Assembly: GCA_951406725.2 (NCBI GenBank)
Contig: OX597825.1
Location: 89,156,001 to 89,220,000 of the forward strand
Reading direction: 5' to 3'
Source: Octopus vulgaris
Taxonomy: Eukaryota
DNA: 64,000 nucleotides
Shown: one piece after another, positions 37,040 to 51,063 of the stretch
How the letters are laid out: every line of letters begins with the position of its first letter
How positions within the stretch are numbered: the stretch's first letter is position 1
Notes under the pieces: generated by a model
Database searches by the model: none
Seen by the model: only the letters and a program-made list of their open reading frames with translations
Told to the model about the DNA's origin: nothing
Translations under genes and position numbers: made by a program

Positions 37040-37265
37040 TTACTACCCACAAGGGGCTAAACACAGGGAGGACAAACAAGGATAGACAATCGGATTAAGT
37101 CGATTATAACGACCCCAGTGCGTAACTGGTACTTAATTTATCGACCCCAAAAGGATGAAAGGCAAAGTCGACCTCGGCGGAATTTGAACTCAGAACGTAA
37201 CGGCAGACGAAATACGACTGCGCATTTCGGCCGGCGTGCTAACGCTTCTGCCAGCTCGCCGCCTA
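37040..37265 (-). mobile_element. Full-length tRNA-derived SINE with a Nin/Deu-like central domain
   Basis: The minus strand reads GGCGGCGAGCTGGCAGAAGCGTTAGC...GTTCTGAGTTCAAATTCC...GGTCGACTTTGCCTTTCATCCTTTTGGGGTCGATAAATTAAGTACCAG. Several copies occur in the window. Confidence 0.8.
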
Positions 37266-37799
37266 TTGAGACATAGGTACCGCGTCTCGAATAAAGGAGG
37301 AAAATACTACACTGAAGTTAAATTCGTTAAATTCTCCGGCACGCAAAAATGGATAAGGAAAACATCAGACGGTGGTCGGTGGAGAGAACATGCTGATCCT
37401 TCCGTCCAGCCCTGGACTGAACATGTGCAAGGAAGATATGCACCTTGCATAAAATATAAACACTCACAGGTACATTATTTTGGTGGCGTCAGAGGGTTCT
37501 TATTCTGAGGTTGTGTTGTCGGTAGTGAGGATCTTCAAGCAAGTTGCAATTGGGAAAAAATAATGGGGTTAGCACATTTATCTATTATTTTCTAGTTGTT
37601 GGCTGTGTTTGTGGGGGAAAAGTAGGACAAAAAGAAGGAAACCGGATGGAAGAAAGGTAAAAAGGAAATGAAGATTATTCCCCCACCATCGCCCCTGTAA
37701 TAAAAACAATATAGCCACAGAGATATGTACAAACTCATCCATTCTTTAGGTCACAAGGTGACTGAAGATTCTGCATGTCAACGGATGGAACTCAGAGTA

Positions 37800-38460
37800 G
37801 CATGAGACTGACTCGACCCCAAAATTCATCATCATTAATCTCTACCATGTTACTGACATGGACATCATAAAAATCAAAGCTCCTGCAAAGTATGACGGTT
37901 TTGTGTGTGCCTCTAATGTGAGACAGCATGCCACCGAACATCTTTGAAGTGGGTCCCAGACTCAATTCAACCGGTTATGAGAAGATGCTGGAGTGAAATA
38001 CTGCTGGAAGATCATGTGTGTTAGCAAGATTCGGCTCCGTGCCACACCATCGAAAAGATTCAGAAGTGTTCGGAGGATTTATAGGAATTTACCAGCTACA
38101 ATTTTGGGCCAACTAATTGCCCCTATTGTAAGTCCATGCATTACTATGCATGGTGTGCAGTGGAGAAAGACACCTACAACAACAATCTGCCTACAGCACT
38201 AAGGCTGAGCTGTTGGCCAAGATCAAGATGTTCAAAGATTTTTCCAGAGACACTGTGAGAGATGCATGCGCCAGTGTGCAGGGCCATCCTCTAACCGTGG
38301 TGTAAACTGAGGTGGCGGGGGGATTATTTTGAGTAGACTGTCATCTTCCAGTCAAAATCTAGTTTGTTTTTTTTTTGTTAAAAATATTACTATTATTGGT
38401 TGCGGTATTGTGTTTTCTTTTTATGCAAACTGTCAAATTTAGCTCAAAGACCCCGAGAAT
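37800..38460 (+). mobile_element. Decayed Tc1/mariner-superfamily (maT/DD37D-like) transposon
   Basis: QDSAPCHT, then a degenerate WPPNSPD..PxDY..W..VEK. A related minus-strand relic lies at 40440-40830. Confidence 0.55.
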
Positions 38461-38934
38461 ACACACGCATACATGTAAATTAAAAGAAGATTTGTATTGA
38501 AGCCAATGGAATCTAGTAAACGCGCCCCTTCTTCTCATCATATCGCTCTTGATACTTCCTTGAAACAATCATTGACTGCGATTCAAACATTTACGACACA
38601 GATCATGTCTTTCATTTGAACAGATATCAATAATCGTTATAAATCAACATAGCCTTAAATTGTTATTCAATGGACGTTTGCCTTGGAAGACGCCTCAGTG
38701 TAAAGAACCTTCCAAACGATTTAGAAGAGATGCACGAATTGACTGCCACCAGCTACAACGCACGAAGCACTGGATCATTGAATTATGGTATGATCTAAGG
38801 ATAAACATATAGGATATATTTATAAGTATTTAGCTTTACATGACGCCTATCGCAAGTTCACCTCCCAAAAACATCACAGATATTTTGACCAGATATTAGT
38901 ATGAAATGTGTTTATTCTCCTATTATATATAACA

Positions 38935-39234
38935 CCGTGACCGACTAGGCTATCAGATGTTGCTATACATCGCTGGTCACAATGCGCTTCGCATTGTTTT
39001 AACCTTCAAATGACGCCACCCCGCTGGCTAAGCGAGCAGGCCAACAGGAGAAAGAGTGAGAGAAGGTTGTGGCGAAAGAGTACAGGAGGGTTCGCCACCA
39101 CCCCCTGTCGGAGCATCGTGGAGTTTTAGGTGTCTTCGCTCAATAAACACTCACAACACCCGGTCTGAGAATCGAAACCGCGATCCTACAACCGCGAGTC
39201 CGCTGCCCTAACCACTGGTCCATTGCGCCTCCAC

Positions 39235-39235
<1 letters not shown>
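38935..39235 (-). mobile_element. tRNA-derived SINE with the same head as 10958 but a different tail
   Basis: The GTGGAGGCGCAATGGACCAGTGGTTAGGGCAGCGGACTCGCGG head is shared. The tail ACCAGCGATGTATAGCAACATCTGATAG also occurs at ~41385-41430. Confidence 0.75.
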
Positions 39236-39295
<60 letters not shown>

Positions 39296-39466
39296 ATGTA
39301 TGTATATATATATATGTGTATGTATGTATATATATATGTGTGTATGTATGTATATATATATATGTATGTGTATGTATGTATATATATATGTATGTATGTA
39401 TATATATATATATATGTGTATGTATGTATATATATATATATGTGTATGTATGTATACATATATATG

Positions 39467-39505
<39 letters not shown>

Positions 39506-39625
39506 ATGTATATATATATATATATATATGTGTGTGTATGTATATATATGTGTATGTATGTATATATATATATATTTTTGTATGTATATATATGTATGTG
39601 TATGTGTATACACACACACACACAA
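39236..39625. repeat. Compound (TA/TG)n microsatellite
   Basis: Direct inspection. Confidence 0.95.
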
Positions 39626-39868
39626 TATCTCACCGACTACACTTCCTCAGTTATAATCGTATCAAGAAGAAATATGTTTCTGCTAATAAAGATAATGCAG
39701 AATAAACGCTTTCAAACGGACTACAGCCATTTGGATGTTTTGTATTTACCTGGAATTTCTACGTGTACTGCTTGTTTGCATGAATTTTTAATCGTGAAAA
39801 ACAGTCATGAAAGACGATGCTTTTCTGGCAGGAAACAAAATACCATACGTTTGTCTCTTACCATAGAA

Positions 39869-39942
39869 CAGTGTTTCCCAACAATGGTTTCTCATACTTT
39901 TATCTAAATGAATTTTCACACGGACCCTTTTAATATGCCTAT

Positions 39943-39993
<51 letters not shown>

Positions 39994-40072
39994 TTTGACT
40001 TCAGTTCACGGACCACTAATATTGCCTTTGCGGACCATCGGGGGTTCGCGGACCCCAAGTTGGGAACCACTG
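39869..40072. mobile_element. hAT (Charlie-type) MITE
   Basis: TIRs CAGTGTTTCCCAAC / GTTGGGAACCACTG. The 8-bp flanks CCATAGAA and CCACAGAG match at 6 of 8 positions. Confidence 0.75.
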
Positions 40073-40439
40073 CCACAGAGAGATGGTGTTTGCTATTCTG
40101 TAGCATAGTGATATGGCTCAATACGAGAACGTTAATTATATACAATCACACCTATTCACTTAGCAGTGCCACATTTAAGTGAAATGTATTATAAATGTTG
40201 AACAATGTACACAATATTTGTAGCTTAAAACAAATTTTCTATAAATAAAGCGCAATACAATATGTCTAATTACATTTTTAATCACCCTACGAATTTAAAT
40301 ATATAAACAAATAAGGCAAGCCATAGAAAACAGACGAAATTCACAACAAAATCATTACAACATGGCTTACAGTTTAATAAACTTCTTGAAGACTTAGAGA
40401 CAATGGATAATCCTGGAAATACGAAAGTAGCGTTTGGAA

Positions 40440-40830
40440 TAAAAGTTTACTCAAAGTAGCCAAACCATGGCCTGAAGATGGCGCCAAAAGCTGGTACGTG
40501 CATTTTTCACTGTATCCCTGTGTAGATATTCGAATACCTTTTGAAGCTTGGCCAACAGATCGGACATAATGTTGCAGGCAGCGTGGGTGTTTGGTATATT
40601 TACAATGGGGACAATTAAGAGGTCAGGAATTGTAGCTGGTAAATTTGTACAGTTTTTCTCCAACAACCAGTTCTGAACCTTTCTGGAGATATGGCAAGGG
40701 GTATCATCTGGATACCACATATACAGCCTTCCTGCAGCAACCTTCTCCAGTCAGGATTTAACCACAGTGTCCAGCATCTTCACATAGCGCTCTGAATTCA
40801 GTATAAGGAACTCTTCAAGGATCTGGGGTG
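40440..40830 (-). mobile_element. Decayed Tc1/maT-like transposase fragment
   Basis: DDTPCHISRKVQNWL, homologous to the 37800-38460 relic. Confidence 0.5.
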
Positions 40831-41817
40831 GAACATTGGCGTGCGGACTCTGTCAGAATGACTAGGGTGACCCTTGCAGCTGACCGTTTCTTACAATCCC
40901 CGTTTCATCAGTCCATGTCATATCTTGCAGCCTTTTCTGTGTTGTCAGGGCATTCGAGAGCAGCCATAATGTCGTTATTATAACACCCGGCCAGAATTAT
41001 TATGACATAGTTAACTCTGTTCCAATATTCAAATGGCTTCCAGTCATCCATCTCAATAACATTTTCCTCATCTAGGACTTTCTTCTAATGCCACATTGAC
41101 TGTTCACCAATGCACTAAGATATTCCTGAGAAATGAAGGCATAGAAAATCGCCAAATTTAGCCCGAACATTGTGTGTGTGTGTACGTGTGATTGCGAAAG
41201 CGCATGGATAGGATGTTGCACAGATGAACGCATCGTTTCGTGTTGATTCAATACAGTCAGCTGTAAATGGTTACTTAAATGGGTAACTGTGAGAGAATAG
41301 CCTTCCGATCAGGTGGAATATTGACCTCCTCACTTAGCCAGTAGCGTGGCTTTATTCAAAATGCTAAAACGATGCAAAGTGCATTGTGACCAGCGATGTA
41401 GAACATCTCATATTCTGGCGATCATGTGATATATATGTATGTTTATGTACGTGTGTGTGTGTGTATATGTAGGAAGTGTGCCGATTTTTTTTTTTCATTT
41501 TTTCTTGAAGAAAATCAACATAGTCCTACTGAAATCGAAAGATACTTGCTTGACGAAAAGACATAAGCAACGGAGGCTGTAGGTGACATCTAGTTTGCGC
41601 ACAATAGGAAAGTTCTGTGGGTGTCAGCCTGTCATTTAAGGTGCTAACCTATTGATTAGCAAACCTATCTGATTTCATTGCTGAATTATCATTAAGAGTG
41701 ATATGGACTTTTTATATCAGCATCAAAGGTTAATATCCCCACAGGATTTCGACCACAATACGTAACCCACATTTTAGCATTAATTCAGTATTCTTATACA
41801 TGTTCTGTTTCAAGATA

Positions 41818-41878
<61 letters not shown>

Positions 41879-41879
<1 letters not shown>

Positions 41880-42200
41880 GAGGTAATATCAAAAAGTACC
41901 CGGAAATAAGGAATTCTGTAGCGTGCCGACAGATAGCAGCGTTTACTTCGCAAGTTGTGAAATTTGTGTGTTTTGAAGCGATTTGGGAGAGGATATTCGG
42001 CCGGATCTGTGAAGCGCGACGACTTCCATTCCTTACGATGACCATCCACCCTGTCATAGAGCTTTCCACACTCGTGAAATTCTCGTCAAAAACATGATAT
42101 CGCTTACTCACCCCACTCCTATTCGCCCGATTTAGCACGTGCGGAATTCCATTTCTTCTCCCAAGATGAAAAGGCAGCACAAAGGTCACCGTTTGAAGAA
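41879..42200 (+). mobile_element. Internally deleted mariner relic
   Basis: TA-CGAGG..ATCAAAAAGT TIR start, then SYSPDLA and PKMKRQHKG remnants. Confidence 0.6.
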
Positions 42201-42610
42201 ATAAAGCCTTGAAATATATCAAAGCTTCATTTTTTCAATTTAAAATTCTACTTAAGAAGGTAATGTCGATGTTGGGGACATCTGAATGCTGCTTATTATG
42301 GATAGATGAGCTCCGGTTGGATTAAATGTATTTTGTATTTTCACCGTGGAGATATATTTGAGTCAGTGATGGGGTGAAGCTAGAAAAATAAACAAAACCA
42401 TACCAGTGCAAGGCAGTGGGCTGTTACAATGCTAGGAACAACGGATGGGATCATGTCTGAGATTTGTTAAGGATTTCAAATATGGATCTCAACAAAATTA
42501 AAATACAAACTAGCAAGAGTTGCACCAGCATATCTGCCATTGACTGTTCACACCTGATTTGAACGAAAGACCTGCTGCATGTGAGCATGCGCATGCATGT
42601 ATAGAAATGC

Positions 42611-42694
<84 letters not shown>

Positions 42695-42741
42695 GATAGA
42701 TAGATGGATACGTTTCAGAGACAGAACCATCCTCTAGCATC

Positions 42742-42957
42742 ATTGAACATTATCCACGATAGGTACATATAGGACTAAATATTAAAATATCTAAATTAAT
42801 ACCTTTAATTCTTATTACAAATCATATACTTTACATTATATAACTACACGCGTGTAATGTAAATTATATGATTTAGAATAAGAATTGAAGGTATTAATTT
42901 TGATGATTTTTTAATATTTAATCCTATATGTACCTATCATGGATGATGTCGTTCAAT
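42742..42957. repeat. Imperfect palindrome with ~100-bp arms
   Basis: ATCCACGATAGGTACATATAGGA..AATTAATACCTTTAATTCTTATT is mirrored by AATAAGAATTGAAGGTATTAATT..TCCTATATGTACCTATCATGGAT. Confidence 0.8.
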
Positions 42958-43002
42958 CATGATTGAGTTGCTTGAAGGTGATTCTGTCTCTTAAACCTAT
43001 AC

Positions 43003-43048
<46 letters not shown>

Positions 43049-43954
43049 CAGAGTATAATTCATTTTAGTACCACTAAATTGAACTTGTCTCCCCTGTGGA
43101 CTCGGAAATACCTTCCCTAATATCAATATATATATATATATAATCTCTCTTCGTTCCTTTGCGCCTCATGGGCTCAACTCACTTCTCTTCATCTGACACC
43201 AACATCACCCGGCTTCCCACACACCTCCTACATTCAACAGCTCCCTCCACCTACACAACTGTATTCCACCTACCTCGGTTCCCTCACAACACACGCACCA
43301 CTACATATACACCCATACACACTGCAGAACTCATTACTCACTACTCACACGATTACACATACACCTACAGCACCTTCCCACTCCACACAAACTAGCACCG
43401 ACCACTTCTAAGCACCTACACTGCACACCATTATCTACAAACCCACATTCCATCATGCACACTCCCACACCCACACAAGCACATAATACCCGAAGACACA
43501 ATATATACACAAGCAACACTCATAAACAGATAAGCATACACTATACACATGCACATTTTCCTCATAGACATACAGATACACATGTGCACACATCATCTGC
43601 TACACAGAACACACCACAGCCACACGCTTGCACCCATTCACTCATACACAATCACACACATCCTTCTCATAGGCACATACATGCTTGCGCACCTTAGTTG
43701 GTTGGGTTCAACATTACCGTTCTTATTACGATCTCTCATTCATTCAACCTACTTTTTCCAGTCAATATGCTATGTTCAACCGTTGTCCTCTACACAGTTT
43801 TTTCTCTCCGTGTCATTTTCTCTTAAACCCTTCTGCCGCAGAGCGTAGGCTGGACGCGTAAAAGACATTTCCATTTTTAGCGAACGTTAAAGTAATGCAC
43901 CTTCTTGTTGTTCTTACGTCTGTCTTCGTCTTTTGTTTTCTCTAAGTTTGAACT

Positions 43955-44292
<338 letters not shown>

Positions 44293-44981
44293 TCTATCGA
44301 ATAAATATCTTTCTTATCTCACATTTCTCTGCAGAACAAAACAGTTAATGCAATTGCGAACAAATACACGAATATTACATGAAAACTAAATACATTTCTG
44401 AGACACATTTTGTAAATAGCGTTTTCTCTCTGGTAATATACACAAACCAGATATTAGGCGTCATTTCACTTGAGACTAAAATAAATATTGAATCTAAGAT
44501 ATAAGAACTGCGATCAAAACGTTTGTATTGATCAAAGACGTTGGAGGAGAAGTAAATTCAATATAACGTGTGAGATATACAAAGATATATAGAAAGTAAT
44601 AAGAAATATAAGAAAAGATTATATATACGGTTTATTGAATGATATAATGGTGTCAGTTTTATTGTAAATGAAAGAACAAAAAGAAGATAAGTGAAGCAAA
44701 GAAGAAAACTAATAGGAATGGAGCAAATAATATTACTGTGATTCCAAGTAAGTAATATAGCGATGGTAACGTGACGAAATAAACAGAGATGAAAACAAAA
44801 TTGCAGCATAGTGTACAGTCTCAGTTGTATTACATCTCAAGCAAAAAAATGAGGATATTCTTCTCAGACTCTGGGCATTTTATATTTCGTGTTTATAATG
44901 GATAAAGTGCCAACACGGTTACAGAATATCGAAGAATTTACTCTGATATCAGTCTCGTAGATGATTAATGCGTGTAAGTAT

Positions 44982-45050
<69 letters not shown>

Positions 45051-45664
45051 CCCTTGTTAACAATTAACACGGAAAAATAGATAAAAAGTTACCAGGGTAT
45101 CAAAAGATCACACAAATAAAAAGGTAATTCCTTGTTTTTAAAGGTAGAAACTCCGGATTTGCGTGAAATAAAGTGTCTTGCTCAAGAACACAACACGCAG
45201 CCTGTGTGTGTGTGTGTGTATTTTTTTTTCAAGTTAAAGATGACAAATTAGATATATTCGACAATTGTAGAGCGTTACAATATAATCCGAGCCAAAAGGA
45301 GTTTTATAATATAGCCAATGCATCTCTCATTTAAAAGCTCAACGTCGAAACAATACCCAAATTTTCAAAATAACAGCTACACCAAAAATATTAAAATCAT
45401 AATAGACCTATAGGAACGGCAAATTATGCGGATCTATAAATATACATGAAAAATATTTAAGCATATAAGATCTGTTTTAACAAGTTGTTAAAAAAGATTT
45501 TATAATCTTTTTTGACACCGTTTTTAACCTAACCCTTATTAGTAACTAGGACTGTATCTTTTATATATTGATACAAATTGATATAAATTGATATAATAGG
45601 AAGATCAGGAATTGTGGTTTGCAGTCATTCTGCACGTCTGTCTGTGTGTTCACTGACATATATC

Positions 45665-46600
45665 TGACGATATACATTGAAAATCTTTGCAGATGATTCC
45701 AAACTCCAGAAAGCTATAAACGGCATAAGAGACCGAACACGCCTTCAGTCAGATCTGTTTGCTGTTGTCCAATGGGCAGAGAAAAACAATATGCTTTTAA
45801 GTGAAGATAAGTTTAATTTGATCTACTTTGGGAAAGAGTAAATTACAATATAGTCTTCCCTCGAGCGACTCCCTAGTGTTATCCAGAGATCTTGGAGCAA
45901 TTGTTGATAATAATCTAAGTTGGAGTTCCCATGTAAACAGCAAGATTTGACTTGGCCCGCAAGATATGGTCCTAGATTCTGAGAATTTTCCGGTCTAGAG
46001 ATGACTACACCATCACCCTTCTCTACTCTACTTTTGCCCGATCCCACCTCGAATACTGTTGCCCAATGTAGTTCCCCCATACGAAGCAACATATTATGAA
46101 AGTAGAATCACTCCAGAGGCCCATAACAAGGAAGACAGACGGCATGAGAGGCATTGATTATTCGGGTCGACTAAAAAACTCAATCTCTACTCTCACCAAC
46201 GCCGGCGGGTTCGCTACATCATTTGTGCTATGTTGAAAACATTCTATCAATTTTGCACAAATGATGTTGGCATCAATTTTAAGATCCATCCCAGACTTGG
46301 CCCCCGTGCTTTTCCGCCCATTACAAAAATCGAATTCGGTGCACATAGAAACGTTACGTCACAATTACTTTTTCTCAACCGGTCGAGGTCTCTTTAATAC
46401 CATACTAAAATACGTCAAAATGGAAACGGTTCTCATAAAATTCACATTCACTGGACAAATTTCTTCAAAAAATCTCCAGCAATGATACCTCTTTGCTACA
46501 GTGTGCTATTATGCCCCATATACGACTAAAAGACTTCACCAGGTGGTGCTATTAAGTTATACATGGTCTAGGCCTATACTGGCCGAAGCCTATCAAAGTT
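45665..46600 (+). mobile_element. Decayed 5'-truncated CR1 family-1 LINE
   Basis: The [10 protein letters not shown]...[10 protein letters not shown] region and the tail GACTTCACCAGGTGGTGCTATTAAGTTA match the 31551 and 53400 copies. Confidence 0.85.
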
Positions 46601-46864
46601 ATATATGTATATACATATATGTATCTACACACACACACACACATATATATATATATGTGTGTGTGTGATAGGCTTGGAAGTAGTAGTGATGCTGGTTGGT
46701 GCGATTTTGTGGTTAAGTCGTATGCCGAGAGAGATTCAGCGCACAATCGTATACAAACATACACATACATGCACACACACACATACACAAGCACATACCT
46801 AGAGGGAGAGGCAGGCAGACAGACAGCGTCAGATAGTACACAACGCCAAGAGAAATGTTTGTAT

Positions 46865-47015
46865 ATTATGACCGTCTGTCTTTACGTTCTCAGTTCAAAT
46901 TCTGCCGAAGTCGACTTTACCTTTCGTCCTTTGCGGTCGATATATTAAGTACCAGTTGCGTACTGCGGTCGATCTAATCAACTGGCCCCTCCCTCCCCAC
47001 AGAAATTTCAAGCCT
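46865..47015 (+). mobile_element. SINE fragment (family of 37040)
   Basis: GTTCAAATTCTGCCGAAGTCGACTTTACCTTTCGTCC...TTAAGTACCAGTTG. Confidence 0.7.
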
Positions 47016-47152
47016 AGAAAAGTATATTGCGACAGTTACAGATTCTAGAAAGTAATGTAACACTAATCACTATATAATCCAACCAAAATATCTGTTCCAC
47101 AAACGTCAACGGAATTACTATTTAACCTTAAAAAGACATCGTACATATTCAA

Positions 47153-50100
47153 AGGACCTTCTTGGTTTAGTGGTACGGAACGTTCAACTGGCATTCTTTT
47201 ATTCTTTTACTTGTTTATAACCAAAGAAAATAGTGAATATTGGCTGTTGGAATGTACGGACAATGCTTGAACACAAGTCCTCTGAATGTCCTGAAAGAGG
47301 GACTGCGCTTGTTGCAAAGGAGCTTCAACACTATGATCTTGACATCGTTGCTTCATCTGAGACGAGATTACCTGGAGATGGTCATCTTACAGAATCTTTT
47401 GGAAAATATACATTCTTTTAGAAAGGGAGGAATAAAGAGTTTACAGGAGAAGCTGGAGTGGCATTTGCTGTTAAGACTACTCTTGTGGACAAGTTGGAAG
47501 AATTCCCAATCGGAATTAACGAGCGTCTTATGTCCATGAGAATTCCTTTGGCTAAAGGAAATTATGTGACCTTGGTGAGTGTGTATGCTCCAACTATGTG
47601 CTATACTGATGACGAAACACTTTCTTTCTACCATGCTTTAAAGGGCATTATAAGAAATATCCCTCGGGCAGACAAAGTCATTGTACTGGGTGACTTTAAT
47701 GCTAGAGTGGGTAGGGATTTTAACACATGGTCTGTAATTGGAAAGCATGGGGTGGGGAAGTGTAATAGTAATGACATGCTTTTGCTGCGGATGTGTGAGG
47801 AGCTGCGTCTGTGTGTTACCAATACCATGTTTCAATAAAAGAATAAGCTTAAGACTACATGGATGCACCCTGCATCTAAAGAATGGCATATTCTGGATTA
47901 CATCCTAGTTAGGGTGCGTGACAGACGGGATGTGCAGTGTGTTCGTGTTCTTCGTGGAGCTGAGTGTTGGACTGACCACCGCCTAGTACGTGCAAAAGTG
48001 AAATTAGTCACAAAACATAAAATCCGAGCTGCAGGGATGACCCTGCCTAAAAGACTGAATGTTGATCGTCTTAGGTATAATAGTGTGCAGAGAACTTTAC
48101 GAGAGGAAATGAATGCTGCAAATATAGGCGAGGATTGGCCGACCCTTAAAAAGTCAGTTTATGATATAGGCAAGAAAGTTCTGGGATTAATACAAAGAAA
48201 GCATCAAGATTGGTTCAAAGAAAATGATGAACATATAGATGATTTATTGGCTGATAAAAGACGTACTTTGTGGCGCTATTTGTTAGCAAAGCCACAGGAA
48301 AGGGAGGTGTTGCATAGGGAACTCAAGGATGTAAAATCAACCGTGAGGCAAAGGCTCTCTCAGATGAGGGATACGTGGTGGAGTAAGAGATACAGGCGGC
48401 ATCAGATTCCAATAACTCAAAGCTGTTGTATGATCTCTTGCGAGAAGTTTATGGAACGACGTCTTCCCTGATGACACCACTTCGAAGCAGGGATGGTAAA
48501 GAACTTCTTCGTGATTCACAAGAAATTCTGCGAAGGTGGCAAGAACACTTTGATGAACTTTTGAATCAGCAGTCTGTAGTTAGTGAGGATGTTCTCAATC
48601 TCATCCCTGGATTGCCTGTGAAGGCAGCACTCGCAGAACCACCAAAGCTGGAAGAAGTTGTAATGGCTGTCTCAAGGTTGAATAATGGTAAGTCTCCGGG
48701 TATGGATGACATACATACGGTTTTGTTACAGCATGGTGGTGAGAAACTGCTGCAGAAACTTCACTCTTTGTTTGGTAAGATATGGACTAGTGAATCTGTA
48801 CCTGAGGACTGGGGGGATGCAGTAATGGTGGTCCTGTATAAGCGAAAGGGCAACAGGAATGATTGTGTTAATTATAGGGGAGTATCATTGCTGTCTGCTG
48901 TAGGAAAGGTTTTATGCAGGATACTTCTGGATCGTCTGCTGAAATACATTGTAGATGGTGTTCTTCCAGAAAGTCAATCTAGCTTTCGTGTGGGACGTGT
49001 CACTGCTGATATGATCTTTTCAGCTAGACAGCTTCAGAAAAAGTGTATGGAACAGGGTCTGGATTTGTATCAGGCTTTTGTCGATCTGACAAAAGCCTTT
49101 GATACCGTCAATAGAAAAGTATTGTGGAAAGTCCTCCAGAAACTTGGGTGTCCTGAAAAGTTCCTTGCTTTGGTTACGTCTTTTCATGAATGGTAGAGTG
49201 AATGTTAGAGGGACGATGTCGGAGCCCATTTCAATACAAAATTGAGTGAAACAGGGGGATATTCTGGCACCGACCCTATTTTCCATATATTTTACGATGG
49301 TGTTCTGTATTGCATTCAGAAACTGCAGATACGGTGTTTACGTCCATTATCGAACCTCTGGCAGCATATTTAATATCAGGCGCCTTGCTGCAAACACAAA
49401 GGTATTTACCTCTATCATAAGATACCTTTGTATACAGATGAATGTGAGCTAGTAGCACACACAGAGATTGATATGCAACACATTTTGAATGCATTATCTG
49501 ATGCTTACACTGCCTTAGGATTGACAGTCAATCTCAAGAAAACTGTTGTCATGCATCAACCTGCCCCTGGTAAGCAGTATAGCGTACCAAATCTCTATGT
49601 GTATGGTAAACGACTTGATGTAGTTGATCAGTTTGTCTACCTGGGAAGCACTATTAACAGATATGTCAATTTGGATAATGAAATTCCATATAGAATTAGG
49701 AAAGCAAGTGTTGCTTTCGGAAGGCTAGAAAAGTGCCTCTGGAGTCGGCGAGACATATACAGGAAGACAAAAATAAAGGTGTACAAGGCATGTGTGCTCC
49801 CTTCTCTTCTCTATGCCTGCGAGACGTGGGTCACATATCGATACCACCTTAAACAACTGGAACGTTTCCATCAGATGTGCCTCAGACGTATGTATAGCAT
49901 TAAGTGGAAGTACCGCATCAGTGATCTTGAAATATTTGAAGGCTCTCGGTGTGAAAGTATAGAAGCTCAGATGGAGTAGTCATCTTGTCAGGATGAAGGA
50001 TTCAAGGATGCCAAAACAACTCTTTTATGGAGAGTTAGCTAAAGGAGAACGACCTCCACATAAACCAAAAAAGGGGTATAAGGACTTGCTGAAGGCTTCC

Positions 50101-50660
50101 TTAAGAGATACTTGCATCTCTCCTGACACATAGGAAGGCATAGCTATTGATCGTAGCAGGTGGAGAAGGATTGTGCATGAGGGGACAGCCACATTTGATA
50201 AATCTCGAGTTGCACATGAGAAAGTAAGGAGGGATGTCAGGAAGGGCATCACTGTTACACTTCCAGAATGGAAGGGTCTTCCTTTGATGCTGATATGTAA
50301 TATCTGTGCAAAACCCCGCCTCAGTAAAGCTGGACTCAAGAGTCATCTTCGGAGTCATAAAACGAGACAGATGAGTGACAACCTGGCCACTGGTGGTGGT
50401 GTAACACACCATACTAATCATATCTGTCGGGCATGTGGAAGAGAGTGTAATTCAGCAGGAAGACGTAAACGACATGCAAAGGTACGTGAAGCCCAGCTAC
50501 AGCTACGGCCGGCTATTAACAGTAAAGGATTTAATTGCCAATTTTGTACAAGACATTGTAGATCTTTAGCTGGGCTAAAAAGTCACATTCGGTCACAGCA
50601 CCAGTAACAGTTAAGCTTCATGCAATGGCCATACTCGATAACGAGGGGGCAGCAATAATA
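47153..50660 (+). mobile_element. Near full-length RTE (BovB-like) LINE, degenerate, with three C-terminal C2H2 zinc fingers
   Basis: APE motifs IGCWNVRT, SETR, VYAPT, LGDFNARVG, WTDHRLV. RT motifs NYRGVSLLS, FVDLTKAFD, VKQGDILAPTLF, YTDE. Also LLYACETW, and the 3' end GGCCATACTCGATAACGAGGGGGCAGC(AAT)n. The 5' boundary is approximate. Confidence 0.92.
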
Positions 50661-50681
50661 CATGTATGTATGTATGTATGT

Positions 50682-50715
<34 letters not shown>

Positions 50716-51063
50716 ATGTATATATATATATACATGTATGTATGTATATATATATATGCATGTATGTATGTATATATGTATATATATATGTATGTATGTA
50801 TATATGTATATATATATGCATGTATGTATGTATATATATATATATACATATGTATGTATATATATTTATATATATATATATATATACATATGTATGTATA
50901 TATATTTATATATATATATACATATGTATGTATATATATATATATATATATACACATGTATGTATATATATTTATATGTATATATATATACATATGTATG
51001 TATATATATTTATATGTATATGTATATATATATACATATGCATGTATATATATTTATATATAC
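50661..51063. repeat. Compound (TA/TATG)n microsatellite
   Basis: Direct inspection. Confidence 0.95.

Noticed and set aside
43150-43900. AC-rich region with His/Thr-rich ORFs and a faint hammerhead-like remnant near 43835
   Set aside because: It is low complexity and the core residues are missing, so it is too decayed to call.
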